DNA of 64,000 nucleotides, taken from contig CM022665.1 of NCBI GenBank assembly GCA_012295275.1, positions 3,348,001-3,412,000 on the forward strand, read 5' to 3'. This DNA comes from Chrysomallon squamiferum (taxonomy: Eukaryota > Animalia > Mollusca). Made by a program: the position numbers and the translations under genes. The notes under the pieces were generated by a model. That model had not been told where the DNA came from, made no database searches, and saw only the letters and a list, made by a program, of their open reading frames with translations. The number at the start of each line of letters is the position of its first letter. Within the stretch, counting starts at the first letter, position 1. Positions 25,520 through 39,032 of this stretch are shown piece by piece.

Positions 25520-26658
25520 AAAGAAAAAGAAAACCAAACAGAAAAAAACAAACAAAAAAAACCAGCAACAAAAAATTCCCCAACAAACAAACAAAAAATT
25601 AATGTACTGAATGACAAGTTAATAGTCAGCTGTATCTTTTTGACACTGTGGCATGTGTTATTCAAGAATATTTTGAAAAATGTGCTTATCCAAATATTTA
25701 CCATCTATTCGCATTCCTCGGCGCGTCTGTTACTGATTTTCTTCACTAATTCCTAACATGCTTCTGCACCGGAAATAGCAACGCACGCGCAACATGCATA
25801 CCTAATTGAAGTAACATGAAATGGCGGACAAGCGGAAAGTTCTAACTAAGGAAAGGTAACGCCGGTTTTTGCTTCTATATCTAACACGTGTCACAGCCCA
25901 GAATGCATTCGACGAATGCACGTTTTAGCATACCGTTTTGCGTCATCAGCGAACTACTACGACCAAAGAAAAAAAAAAAAAAAAATGTGCCACATATTGT
26001 GAACAGAACAAATAAATAACATCAAGTAAATATACGCTAACACGCAGGTATTCCTAATTAGTAACCCGATACTCCGAATTTGTTTAAAATATATAAAAAT
26101 CATATATCAATAAGCACGTATACTTTCCTGGCTGCTAGAAGTTAGAGCAGCCTGTTCGTTTTGACGCCTAACGTTTAAATTTCTGCTTAACAAAAACGAA
26201 GAAAGATGGAAAGAAAGAAAGAAAGAAAGAAAGAAACAGAAAAGAGAAGGAATTTATATACATCTTCGTGCTAGCATGAGCTAAGAAATGGTAATTACGA
26301 AAGGAAGATCAAAAATAGTTTTTCAAATTAGTTTAGCTTTTCTAAATGGATGCGCTTGGTAAATTATGACTGACACTCAACACGTGCTCTTTGAGCGAGG
26401 AGAGTGTCGAAATCTCCCCAAAAATAAATGCAGAGTTAAAAATTAAATATTTTATGAACTGAAGGATATCGGTTCCTTGTAAGTCTGTTATGTTAGACAA
26501 ATTTTTGGTTGGGGACGAAATGCCTTTCTCTTCTTTTAAATTAATGATAATTTGTATAGACTTAACCCGCGTTTGTGCTTTCCTGCAAATAAAATGGTTA
26601 CCTCATCTTTTGGTTTCAGAGTGTTGAAGCGTTTATTCAGTTGTGCAATATGTACATT

Positions 26659-26709
<51 letters not shown>

Positions 26710-26824
26710 CTTAAAAGTAATTCCATTTTCGTTTAAAACATATTTCTTGTTTTGATTAGATTATGAAATCTTTGAATTCTATTATATTTGTAAGAATTTT
26801 TGTTATTTATTTATTTATTTGTTA

Positions 26825-26890
<66 letters not shown>

Positions 26891-26963
26891 TAATTAATTA
26901 ATTAATTAAGCTTTTCCTTTTCTTTAAATGTTTAACCTGGCTTCTCATTTGAATATCCAACAT

Positions 26964-26998
<35 letters not shown>

Positions 26999-27971
26999 TT
27001 TTTTTTTATTATTTTTTTTTTCTGTTCCCCAACCAGAATAATATACATTTTAATGTTATACAATTGCTCTAAAGCAGCTAGATGCTGCTGCGACTGAGTA
27101 TTGTACTTTCAACATCACGCGAGTGTCAGTCCTGTTTATGACATGTTTAATGTCTGCTGACAGTGTAATGTTTCAGTTGTTTTTAACATTTCTCACACTG
27201 ACAACGAACTATGCCGAATTATGGGAAACAGGCATCCTGGATATCAGCTTATCATTTCAAACATTTTTGTCTGATATGTTTTAAAACAAACAAAAATGAA
27301 GAATTCGTGTGTATCATTCTGAAAATGAAAATAAAAATTATTATAAAAAAATTCAGCTAATGGCGGCATGTCACCTTGCAGTGAACTCTACGAGTTTGTC
27401 ATGTGAACCGCCAAGAATTTTTGTTTTTGTTTTTTAAAGATTTCTTTTCTTTAATCCGAATTGTTGCTTCTCTGGCACAATTTTATGCCTGGTTTAACAT
27501 TTTGTTAATATTTTCAAACAGAAATCGGTTATCGAAATATTGACAGGCAGAATAAAATAACAATAGCATTAACAGTAATAGTAATAGCATAAACAGAAAC
27601 AGTAATAACAGTTATAAGAAAAATAAAAGTATGGATGTTCAACGAACTGTCACTTTTAATGTCACTGTTGTTTTCGATGTAAAACGTTTTGTGTGTGCAT
27701 CTATTAATACGTGAGAAAAACCATCGCCACTATAATTTATTCCATCTTGGATAGTTTAATGAATTTACTTCTTACTGAATCTGCGTTAAATAACATACCA
27801 TACATGAGATTTTTCCCAGAATATGTTCATTCGAATTTTTATAACAATATTATAGAGGGTTTGTTCAAGATTTACTGTACATCTTATAACAGAAATATCA
27901 TATCATCATCGTTTTAACATTAAATATGTCTATTTAAAAAACTGTTTGTAATCGAATGTTGCGTCATTTTT

Positions 27972-28026
<55 letters not shown>

Positions 28027-29738
28027 TATATGTATATTATGAAACAGAAAACGAAATTTATTTGCTTCACGTGTAAAGATCACGACATCTGTTTATTTGC
28101 AGGATGCGATGAAGGTGGCCATGTTGGTAGGTGATCGTCTAGTACAAGCCAAGTGTCTAATGGTGTTCGCTGATATTCACAGGAAGCGTTCAGACTTCGA
28201 GGTATTTAAATTAGTTTCTATATTACGTCTATTAATTATCCTTCTGTTAATGGCCAACCGGTGTTATTTATTACTGAATCTACACTTCGTGAAAGTGAAG
28301 GTATTTCCCTTTCCAAATTTTTTAATTTATGTACGTGTTTGTGTGTGTGTGTGTTCTAAATATTAACACATGAACTGAATCATTAATGAAAACGATTTTT
28401 TTTTTTTTTTTTTTTTAAATCACATAATTTTGTATTAATTATAAAACTAATTCAACATCCAATTATATTCAGTTTTCTTTTGCGTCAAGATCATACATAT
28501 TATTCAATTGTTAATTAAACATTTGCATATTTGAACTATTTACTTAAAGTGTACCTTTGATAATAGGAAAAAATATTCTAAAAGTATTCTGTTTTACTTT
28601 CAAGTTTTTTTTTTTTTTTTTTTTTTGGCCGTACAGCGTTAACTAATAACGAAATATTACAACGAAAGCGTACAGTTAAAAAATAGTTGGACTCCGCCAT
28701 TTTCCTGTAGCTGTGACGTCATTGCATACAGGACAGACCATTTTGCTCTGGTTTCTTCTGTTGGCGGAAAAACTTCAGCTGTACGCAATGACGTCACGAT
28801 TCAAGTTTTAAAGGGGGTAAAATGGCAGTGTTCAGTTTTATTTATTTTTATATTTATTTATTTATATAATTGTTTTTTTCTTTTTTTTTTTTTTCTTTTT
28901 TATTTTTATATTTATTTATTTATATAATTGTTTTTTCTTCTTTTTTTCTTTTTCTTTATTTATTTTTTTATTATTATTTATTTATTTATTTATTGTCATA
29001 CAGTTCGTTTAAACCAAATAAAATAATAACTTGGAAATATAAAGAATTCACAGACAATTCATTCGTACCCCACTGGTACACTTTAAATATCGTGAAAATG
29101 TTCTTCTTTCCAGACACATCCTTGTTTACAAGCTTTAACACAATTTTAACTTGAAAAAATATTAAAAGAAATTTGTCTTGCCAAATGCATTTTTTTAATT
29201 TTAATTTTTATTTTTTATTTTTTATTTTTTTTTACCCACTGATGCAGACAACACATTAAGATAAATATTCACTAAACATTGTAATTATTCTGTAATTATC
29301 CCATTTGGCAAGTAATTCGCGATCGTTGTCATTTGGCAAAGTGTTGTGTAATTTGAAGAGATTTATTAATATTTTGTCTAAAGATGTGTGCAATGTCTGA
29401 TTTGCAGAGAGCGAATCCACGCTATGAGTCTGCGTACAGCATCATGTCTGAGACCGGGGACAGACTGGGCCAGGCCGAGGCTCTCAGCGGAATGGCCAAA
29501 ACAGCGACCTGCACGAGGAACTTAGAACAGGTTTAAACACATTTAAATTACTCGTCCAAATACACAACATGGATTTAAACGCACACAGATACTTTAAACC
29601 CGATTGTAAACGCACACAGATACTTTAAACCTGATTGTAAACCCCTCCTCGAAAATCAACAGCACCCCCCAAAAAATCTCCAAAAAAAACAAACACACAC
29701 ACACACCCCAAATAAAAAATAATAAAAAAGTAAATTAA

Positions 29739-29777
<39 letters not shown>

Positions 29778-29798
29778 ATAATAATAATAATAATAATT

Positions 29799-29829
<31 letters not shown>

Positions 29830-30169
29830 TAAACAAAATCTATTTTGTTAATGGAAATGCATAAGATTATACATGGTTAAAACACTGATCAGAAATAAGG
29901 AACAGATTTTAAAAATCTCTTTTATTAACCTAAGTAATACGCATTCACGCAGTTTTTGTATGAAATTAAAGCACAACTACTTTTTTTTTATATTTAATTT
30001 CAGTATAGATTTAAATGAAGTAAAAACGCAGAAAGCTTTTGGCGAAAAAAATCAGTGTTCTCGGTGACTTTGAAATTGTTTAGAAAAAATATACTTTTGT
30101 TGCAGAAAATTAGATTTGAATATTCTGCTTTTCAGTGAATGTATGCATGTATGTAAATGTGTATGTATA

Positions 30170-30212
<43 letters not shown>

Positions 30213-30931
30213 CTGATTTAAAAAAAATCTTTATCGGCGAAGTGTAGATTTTATAATACATGTTGGTTAATACAACATGTGTGAAAAATTTAGAATACGT
30301 TAAAAAAAGAATGGCAGCTTTATAGTCAATATATAAACTTGGATATGGAATAAAATCAGATACTGACGATCAAATTTGAATTATAATAATAAACTGTGCA
30401 ATATTTTAAAGAACAGATACAAATAACAACAATAAAGTAGGTGAAAGATTATTAAAGTCCCTAACAGAAATAAAAATAACAATAATAATAATGATGAAAT
30501 AAAATAAAAATATAAAAAACACGTTTTTGTAAAAGAAAAAAACAACAACCGAAAACAAAAAAAGAAACAAAAAAAGTGAGAAATAAAATAAAATAAAAAA
30601 AAGATTATAAATCTCTTTTTCGTCTTAGTGTATAGATTTTCACAGAACATATGCAAACTAATTTAAAATTTAGATTTTTTTTTTTTTTTTTTTTTTTTTT
30701 TCACAACAAAGGAAATGCACAGCGAAGCGTAATATAATTTAGTTTATATAGGTTTTCTTCTCTCATTTTTTAAAATTCTTTTGTGTGTTATTTTTAAATG
30801 TGTGTGTGTGTGTGTATGTGTGTGTGTGTTGATGTTTTAAGTTTGTTTCAGAAAGGATAGTTTTCGAAAAAAAAAAAAGAAGAAGAAGAAGAAAAGAAGC
30901 TGAATTATGCTATGCTTACACACACATACAA

Positions 30932-30996
<65 letters not shown>

Positions 30997-31259
30997 CACA
31001 CCTACATCGTTATGGCGTTGAAAATCTTTCCTGTTGGCTTACTTAGATTTGCTTGTTATATAATGTTTCGCCCGAGTATTTGTGAAATTTAACCTTGCCT
31101 TGAACTCAGCCGATGTCCTATTATACACGTTAACAATTAAATGTCGCCTGAGATATTTATGTGATGTGGCAATATAATATATTAAACAAACGTCCAGAAG
31201 CGCTCTTAAATTCATCTACAGATGGTATCACTGTACAATGGACGTCAGAAATGGCAGCC

Positions 31260-31290
<31 letters not shown>

Positions 31291-31425
31291 AGGAAAGATA
31301 AAAAAAAATCAGAAAAAAATCAAAGAAAAAAAACCCCATTAAAAATAAAATATGCAAACAGGCATGCACGCAGTTATGGGAGGCAAACATTTCTTTGCTG
31401 ACCTTATTTCTCCTCCTCCTCCATC

Positions 31426-31456
<31 letters not shown>

Positions 31457-32963
31457 GTTGTTGTTTTGTTATAATTAAACTCGTTTCATCCATTAAAGTA
31501 ATAGTAAAAAGTACTTTAATGAAACAACAACATAGGGTGTTTAGATTATCTTAAATCCTTTTTTTGCTTGAAGTTATATTAGTAGTAGCAGAAGTATTTG
31601 TAGTCGAGGTCGTGGTTATCGTCATCGTTGTGGTAGTAGTAGAAGTAGTAGAGGACATAACCAAACAGACAGAATCATAGTCTGTCCCAGCCACAGACTA
31701 TTATTCGTTAAACTGGTGCTCATTGTAAATTAGAATGGGAAGTACTGAAAAACTCATTATCATCTCATTCTATAAGTGGTTACTAGGGTCGATATACTTA
31801 GAGTATTCCTCTGAATATTGCCAGGAGAATGACGTTATCTTTTCATTAGTGAAACAGGGTGAACTTTTTCTAAGTAACTTCAAGATTGGTTTTGTTTCTC
31901 GATAATCAGTTTTCTAGCACAATTTAAGCATATTCTACGAGGCAAATGAAGCCAACAAACACTTATTTTAAGTCTTTAAGCATTTGTATGAACCAGCTCG
32001 GTTTGGTTTGCTGATGTGTAATTCAGAGCAAACTGCTCAAATGCACATCTGTCTTAGTGCATTGATCAGAAGACTGAACTCACAAAGATTGTTAGTTAAA
32101 GATAGCAGTCACTATAGTTTCTATTTCTTTCTCTTTTTTTTTTTTTTTTTTTTTCTCGCCAAACTAAAGTCAATATCAAGATGCGATCCAAGAATTTATC
32201 AGTCTTAGGCCGCTTCCTTTAACATAGATGAACAATTATTAGTATTAGTATTAGTATTCTATATACATATTGGAGCTTGAGGTTAGAGAAACAATTGGTA
32301 CATTAAATCAAATTTAATTAATACGTAAGAGTCTATAACTAAAAGCGTCGACAGCAAATTCAGACAACATGATTTGATTTTGACAGGTAAAAATAAAAGA
32401 GTCGACAACATTGTACCTCGCTGAAAGAACAATGTTTAATAAAAAAAAACATGAACTTAATCAGAGGGAGTGAGTCTGGGTCTAACATTAATATTCTTAC
32501 ACACATCATACATTATCTGCTGTCAAAATAGTTTTAAAAAGAGCAATATGTTCGTTATCTTTTAACTGCTAATAATTAACATTGTTTATTTGTATGTGGT
32601 TTTGCGGAGTAGTAATACATTTAACAACACACGCAAGGTGAAAGAATTCTGTGTGCTGCATGTTTGCGTTTTTCTCTTGTTTACACGTGCTGCTCGGAGT
32701 AGATGCCGAGTTACACGATATCGTGGGAACTTGGCACAGGAATGTTTCGTACCTGCTTTAGCAATCTTTTTATAGCTCCCAGAATGCTGTAGGTCTACTC
32801 CAAGTACCAATATAGATCACAGCTTTGACCATGCTAATTGCCTTGTAGATAGATAATAGTATACTCGACGTGGCATAATGGAAAAACCGCACTTCTCTTT
32901 ACTAGACTTTAAACGTCTTTTAATTCAGTTTTTGTTTGTTTGTTTGTTTTGTTTTGTTTTTGT

Positions 32964-33005
<42 letters not shown>

Positions 33006-33731
33006 GAAATGATAATGATGAAAATGATACGCGGACTATTTCGCTTTATTTATTACAATTTTTCTCGTCACTAATTACACTACTGTTACTTGTTTACATA
33101 CATACATGTGCATTCTTTGTGTGTTCTTTATTATGGCTTTCGTAGGTTTACTGACTGTATGCTTTATTATGTCACTTGACATATGCGGCAGTACAGTTAT
33201 ATAACTGCATTTGCCAACAACTCTCTTTATCACTCGAACACACATTCACGTACACACATTCACGTACACACACACACACAACGAAGAGGGGCTTTTTATA
33301 CGAAAGAATGAAAGAAAATACATAAATAGATTAAACATTTGTCTGTGCAAGTCTAGAAAAGGTTTGCGGTTTAGTTGTATTTCACTTCGCTTGCTCTCTG
33401 TGTATTTATCAAGCCTGACAAAGTGGGGAGATCGAGGTAAAAATAAATAAATAACTTTGCAACTAATGCAAATGCGAAACACATTTTATAGATGAACAGT
33501 TTATTAAGTGAAGTGCTTCTTTGGCGGTTTATGTATATAATAGTTAGTTTTATGACCTCACTTTTGTTTCGCAGAGTTCGTCGACTTCCTTCAACCCCAT
33601 TAAGAGTTTTTCTCTAAGAGACTTCTTAGACTTTGAAAATAAGTTAATTTTACAGTTAAATTTAAATTCAGAACTGTATGTGTACACTGATTTACGTATG
33701 TATATTATGTGTGTATGTACGTGTATGTATG

Positions 33732-33762
<31 letters not shown>

Positions 33763-35929
33763 TTGTATGTGTGTGTATGAGTGTATGTATGTATCTATGA
33801 GTGTGTGTATGAGTGTATGTATGTATCTATGAGTGTGTGTATGTGTGTATGTATGTATCTATGAGGTGTCTGTGTGTGTGTATCAAGGTGTGCGTATTTA
33901 TTTCATTTTATTTTTATTTATTTCATTTAATCTTAGTTAATTATTTTTTATTTGGTTCTAAACGTTGTCGAAATCAATAGATGATAACAAATTATACGAT
34001 TTATATGAACAGAGTGTGTAAGAAAATCTGAGATAAGTAAAAATAAGATTCATTTTCCATTTTTAGTTAGGCTTTGTAATTTTTTTATATTTTAACTACG
34101 ATAAAAACAGCATAATAATAGTAGTAGTAGTAGTAGTAGTAGTAGTAATAATAATAACAATAATAATAATAACAACAATAATAATAATAATAATAATAAT
34201 TTTAAAAATTAATAAATAAATAATACAATGTATTTTAGAATTTGTTACAATAATTTATTCTGAGGAAAGTTATTATCTTTATTTTTTTTCTCTTCATTCT
34301 ACAGGCTATAGAACTGAATACAAAAGCACTGGATATAGTGCAGAAGATAGGCAACAAGGTACTTTTTCCTATTTATTTTACACATGTTGCATATAATGCA
34401 TAAAAAAGAATAATAAATAAATAAAATAAATAAAAAATCGAAAATTAAATATACCAAATATGTTAATTTATGATAAAATGACGTGAATATAACACAAATG
34501 GTTGTTTTATTTAATGTTAGAATGAATAAAATAAAATTTGTTTTAAAAAAAAAAAAAAGTTTGTTTATACATATATATCTGTGTACGTGTGTATGAATAT
34601 ATATAAACAAGAATTTATATTTAAAAAGATGGGTAATCTTGCAGTTTATTTTAACCTGTTTTAGCATGCAAGGGTTTTACACAAAATTTGCTTCATTTGA
34701 CAATTTTGGCAAGTGATAGTGGATTTACACAGGTTTATATGACGTTTTGTATCTGCAAGATCAATAATAAAAAAAATAAATAAATAAACAATAAATAAAT
34801 AAAATAAAATAAGATTAAATAAAATAAAAAAATTTAATAAATAAAACTGCAAGATTCCAAAAAGCTTTAAATATAAGCGAGAAAACCTGAAACTCCGTGA
34901 ACTATGCTCTGTGAGCTTTACATGGACTTTCCCCATAGACAATAGAATTACCGTTAACAAAACAGTTACGTGGCACTGGCAGAAACGAGAAATAACGTTA
35001 AACTCTAATTGTTTATCGGTAACTCGGTGAATAATAGCTTGGGAGTGATGACTGAATTATTTCACTTGCTCCTGTCCCGTTTTACGTTTGTTTTAAATTA
35101 TCATTTTAATGTACGTTTAGCTGGAGATGTTGAGATGTCATGCACGTCTGACAGCGCTACACAAAGTGAGAGGTGAGACCTCACTCAGTCATCGCCATTC
35201 TACAGTGGTCAGACAACTCTTGGATGAAATGGAGTTATTTTGCGGTGTCTGTGATGAAGTTATTGGCGAAAAACCAGAGAAACTAGATGCTTTAGACTGT
35301 GGTCACTTTATACATAACAGGTAAAAAATCAATTATTTTCGTGTTACGTGTAAAATTTAATTAATATTACGCAGTTTTCATATTCGTTTCCAATTTGATT
35401 TGTTAACTGGTGCAGTCAAAAATGATTATATAGACTAACAGAAGTTAGGGTACTCGACAGCAATCAGTCATATATATCGGAGTGGTGAAAGCTATTTTCT
35501 CTACATTCTTTATATTAGTCATTTTCTTTTACATTTACTTATTAAATACAACGTGGAAAAATTTAATCATTATGAAGGAATCTATTTTTTTTTTTTTTTT
35601 TTTTTTTTTTTTCCGTTTTTAAAAATCATTTCTATTTCTAATCGCTTTGTTTTTACGTTAATCCAAACATCTAACATTCAGTACTTGCATGGTCGTGATG
35701 TTTGTTATAAATATTTTTTTCTCAAATTGATTTATTTTCTTGCTGATTTTCTGCTGTCTATTTATTACCAATATGATAGACATGTGTTATATAAAATATG
35801 TATATATAAAATTCTACACTTCATCACAGGTGTATCGTCCATCTGTCTAGAAGTACTCTTGGAAGAGGCGGGAAAATTCGGCCATGTCCAACGTGTCGAC
35901 GGAGGTCCTCTGTGAACCCCACTCTTTAA
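21139..35929 (+). CDS. RAPSN: Rapsyn (43 kDa receptor-associated protein of the synapse), 420 aa
   Basis: Exons 21139-21825, 28103-28201, 29408-29530, 34305-34358, 35121-35320 and 35830-35929 splice in frame. N-terminal MGQ myristoylation start, TPR repeats, GDRLVQAKCLMVFADIHR, and C-terminal RING-H2 (CGVC...CGHFIHNRC...CPTC). Confidence 0.96.
28103..28201 (+). CDS. RAPSN: Rapsyn coding exon 2
   Basis: ttgcag|GAT...GAG|gtattt, 99 nt. Confidence 0.93.
28544..29086. mobile_element. Palindromic MITE, Kolobok/T2-like (TTAA-flanked), in a rapsyn intron
   Basis: Perfect inverted termini TTAAAGTGTACC (28544-28555) / GGTACACTTTAA (29075-29086). Imperfect subterminal symmetry. Internal 19-bp inverted repeat 28713-28731 / 28779-28797 matches 18/19. 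Confidence 0.7.
29408..29530 (+). CDS. RAPSN: Rapsyn coding exon 3 (RANPRYESAYSIMSETGDRLGQAEAL...)
   Basis: ttgcag|AGA...CAG|gtttaa, 123 nt; not in the ORF track. Confidence 0.93.
29576..29643. repeat. 31-bp tandem duplication
   Basis: taaacgcacacagatactttaaacc(c/t)gattg occurs twice. Confidence 0.85.
34305..34358 (+). CDS. RAPSN: Rapsyn coding exon 4 (AIELNTKALDIVQKIGNK)
   Basis: ctacag|GCT...AAG|gtact, 54 nt. Confidence 0.9.
35121..35320 (+). CDS. RAPSN: Rapsyn coding exon 5 (RING-H2 start)
   Basis: gtttag|CTG...AG|gtaaaa, 200 nt. Confidence 0.93.
35830..35929 (+). CDS. RAPSN: Rapsyn last coding exon (CIVHLSRSTLGRGGKIRPCPTCRRRSSVNPTL*)
   Basis: tcacag|G TGT...TAA at 35927-35929. Confidence 0.92.
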
Positions 35930-38327
35930 CTCTGTGATTCGAGGTTACTGAAACTCGTTGTGATGTAAATAACCTCCACCAGCAGATTTCAGTTTGTGAT
36001 CGGAAAACACGCTCGACACTGTGATCCACACCAGTTACAGAACTGTGATCTCCGATTTTTTATCAGTATTCTGTGATCCAATCCGAAAAATGGCAATCTT
36101 TACACTTTGATCCCTCTTTTAACAACACAATGCATTACGATTCCATTAAAACAACGAATTCCAAATATCGTTTTTTTATTGAACAATGTCAGAATATTTG
36201 TATACTTCATCCAAACGAGGCCAATTTCTTTTTATTAGAGTCTTTAGAAAGACAAAAAGAAAAGCACATTTTATTACATCATCAATAAAGCAGGCACAAC
36301 TGATTATAGATTTTAACTGCGAACTTCATTGCCTTTGCACTAATATTTAGTTCAGGGCTTTGAACAGTGCATTTGATATTGTCTGCTGAGACAGGTTAGA
36401 TAATATATAATCAGTAAGGTAAATATATATATACCAGTATTTTGCTAAAATTAGGTAAAGTAATAATGGTGGTACATATCATTCGTTTTCGCTTTATGAA
36501 TCCATTGTAGTTATGTACCTTTTACTTCGAATTTAATATTTTATTAAACTACAGTCAAAAAGAATATATTTTGTCGTTAGAACAAGATTTTATTTATTAT
36601 ATTTTTTTATTTCTTTATATATATTTTCATTTGTTTTGTTCTTTTCTTTGTTTTTGTTTTGTTTTTTTAATTTTTATTTCCAAGGGATGTATTTGACACC
36701 AAAGATATCTAAATATATATAAAATATATATAAACTTAAACAAATTTAATCTTCAAAAAGAAAGTAGCAAAATTAACAGTTATCTATAATACAAAAAAAA
36801 AAAAATAATGAAATAAGCTTTATTCTATTTAGTAGTTAATTATTTATAGGTGGCGGCTGTTAACATTATTGTAATTATATAATAAATGTATTATATACGT
36901 ATATCTCCTTTGTACAAATTAGATTTTGTTTTATAATGTACTGTGTTAATCTCTGTTTTGTTTTTCGTATCTATAATATAGAGAGAATGGAACAAAACAG
37001 AAATATTTAAAGTAAATTCTGTGAGTGTGCACGCATGCACGCATAACTAGTGGACAATGGTTTGGACAACATTAATATTGTTGTTTTCATATACTTCGCT
37101 ATTGTTGTGTCTGTTGTATTTCTTTTCTTTAGTTTCTGGTATTTAAATATCATATTATAATTTATTTAATTAATTTAATACGTGCGTGTACGTGTCTGTG
37201 GGTTGCACATTATATCTGCACTTTGTCTTTTCTCCGCTGTGGTCGTAAATTTTATACTGGTGCGCATCGTGCTTCGAGCTCTACCGGAAAAGTATTTCAA
37301 GGGAGATAACCGTGCTATGTGATTTGGTTATTCTTTTCCCCAGTTACAGTTCTTTTTGAAAACTGCCAGACGTTCTTTGTAGTCATAAAAGTAATGACAT
37401 TTGATAATCAAAATGCCTTGTTATTAAAGGTGACTTAATCAGTATTGTTTTTTTTTTTACTTATTTATTATTTACTCTGTAATTAAATGAAAATTATATT
37501 TCATTTTAATTCATTGTTAATTGTTGTGTGTATATGTTTGTACGTAGAGCGCATCCGGATTACACAAGGTTTTGTTTATAATAGATTAATGATATCTGGA
37601 CGATACTTTGAAATGGTGCCGATTTATATAGAAATCCGGATTAGGCAAAGGCTGGTTTTCGCAGAGTCCATATATATATTATACAAGACATGTTTATAAT
37701 CATGACCAAGAGATTATTTTAAAAGGTGGGTAAAATTGGTTTGAAATTATTTTTATTAATTTTGTGAAACAACAAAACTATCATCATTACCTCGGCAGCT
37801 CCCACATTGTTTTAATTTTTAAAATAATTTTTTTTAATTTATTTTTACCGAATTTCAGTTTAGTTTGTTTATGTGTTTAGTAGTCGCTGCTAGAAAGCGT
37901 TGGTTAATAATCGAATATTATAATCTTTTTGTGCACTATCTTAAACTTTATGATCTACAAACCAACCTCTTTTAAATATTAAATCTTACAGTAGATATTA
38001 AGTCATCACTCGATCAATGAATTTTAATAAAGAAAGAAAAAAGAAAAAAGTGATTTTTATGGGCTGTCATGGACCATTTTCTTTTTCTTTTTCAGTTTTT
38101 CTACCTGTCAGAATTATTGTAATGTAATTTATAATTACATATATTAAAAATGTAATTTGTCTTATTTATTACCTCGCCATTTATTATCTTTTGATGTGAT
38201 CTATGATGATCAACAAATCACATTAAATGTGTGCAGCGGCACAAGATTCTAAAACGTATTTATAACAACCATACTTAATGTCCCATTTGTTAAAACAGTG
38301 TGTTGTAGAAAATGGTATTATTTTATG

Positions 38328-38363
<36 letters not shown>

Positions 38364-38413
38364 GCATTTGTTATAATTTCATTTCGAATTCTTTTTTTTG
38401 ATAATTTGTTCAG

Positions 38414-38452
<39 letters not shown>

Positions 38453-39032
38453 ATAGTATATTAATCTCTTCTGCAGCGTCCACCTACAAACAAAACAATG
38501 CGATATAGTAACGTAAAGCAGTCTTTATTTCAACGTTTATACGGATCAATATGATCAATATGATCTATGGCAAATTCTACAAGGAAAAGCGGCTCAGAGA
38601 TGACACAGGAAATCATCACAGCAAGCAGCCACCGGTTAGATTTATTAGAGACAGAAAAAACACGAACACAAATCAACACAGCAACACGAATAATCACGCA
38701 CATCATTTGTTTTGTAATAAAACTGATAAGTAATCGGTCGTTTGCGTTTGGACATGCGGATTTCAGCAGAAGTCGTATACGAACTGTTAAATCCATTCAG
38801 GTATGCCAGTCAGTTCTAATTTTAATATGTGTCTTGTCGGTTTACATTGCAATTAGAAACTATTGGTACTGATTGGTGTCCTTTTGAATTTTAACTAATT
38901 TTATGTTTAAGTAACCGTAAACTTGAACAGATAGAGTTTATTTTGACTGTTAGCATTATTTATAAGCTCAAAACAGAAATAAATAATAACAACAACAATG
39001 AGTAATTTAAAGTAACAGTTTAGATTCGTTCT

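Noticed and set aside
25253-25704. Poly-F/L/Y/K/I ORFs (also at 16440, 43432-44743, 45403, 46966, 52158, 60925 and 62142)
   Set aside because: They are translations of microsatellites and homopolymers.
27347-27420. Weak hairpin (tggcgg...ccgcca)
   Set aside because: The stems are too short and interrupted to distinguish from chance.
37240-37670. Possible decayed repeat fragments (tcaagggagataac; paired tccggatt)
   Set aside because: They resemble dispersed-repeat motifs, but no termini or second copy could be established by eye.
38530-38872. Three short overlapping ORFs
   Set aside because: No recognisable domain or splice support; probably the 3' UTR of the minus-strand gene.
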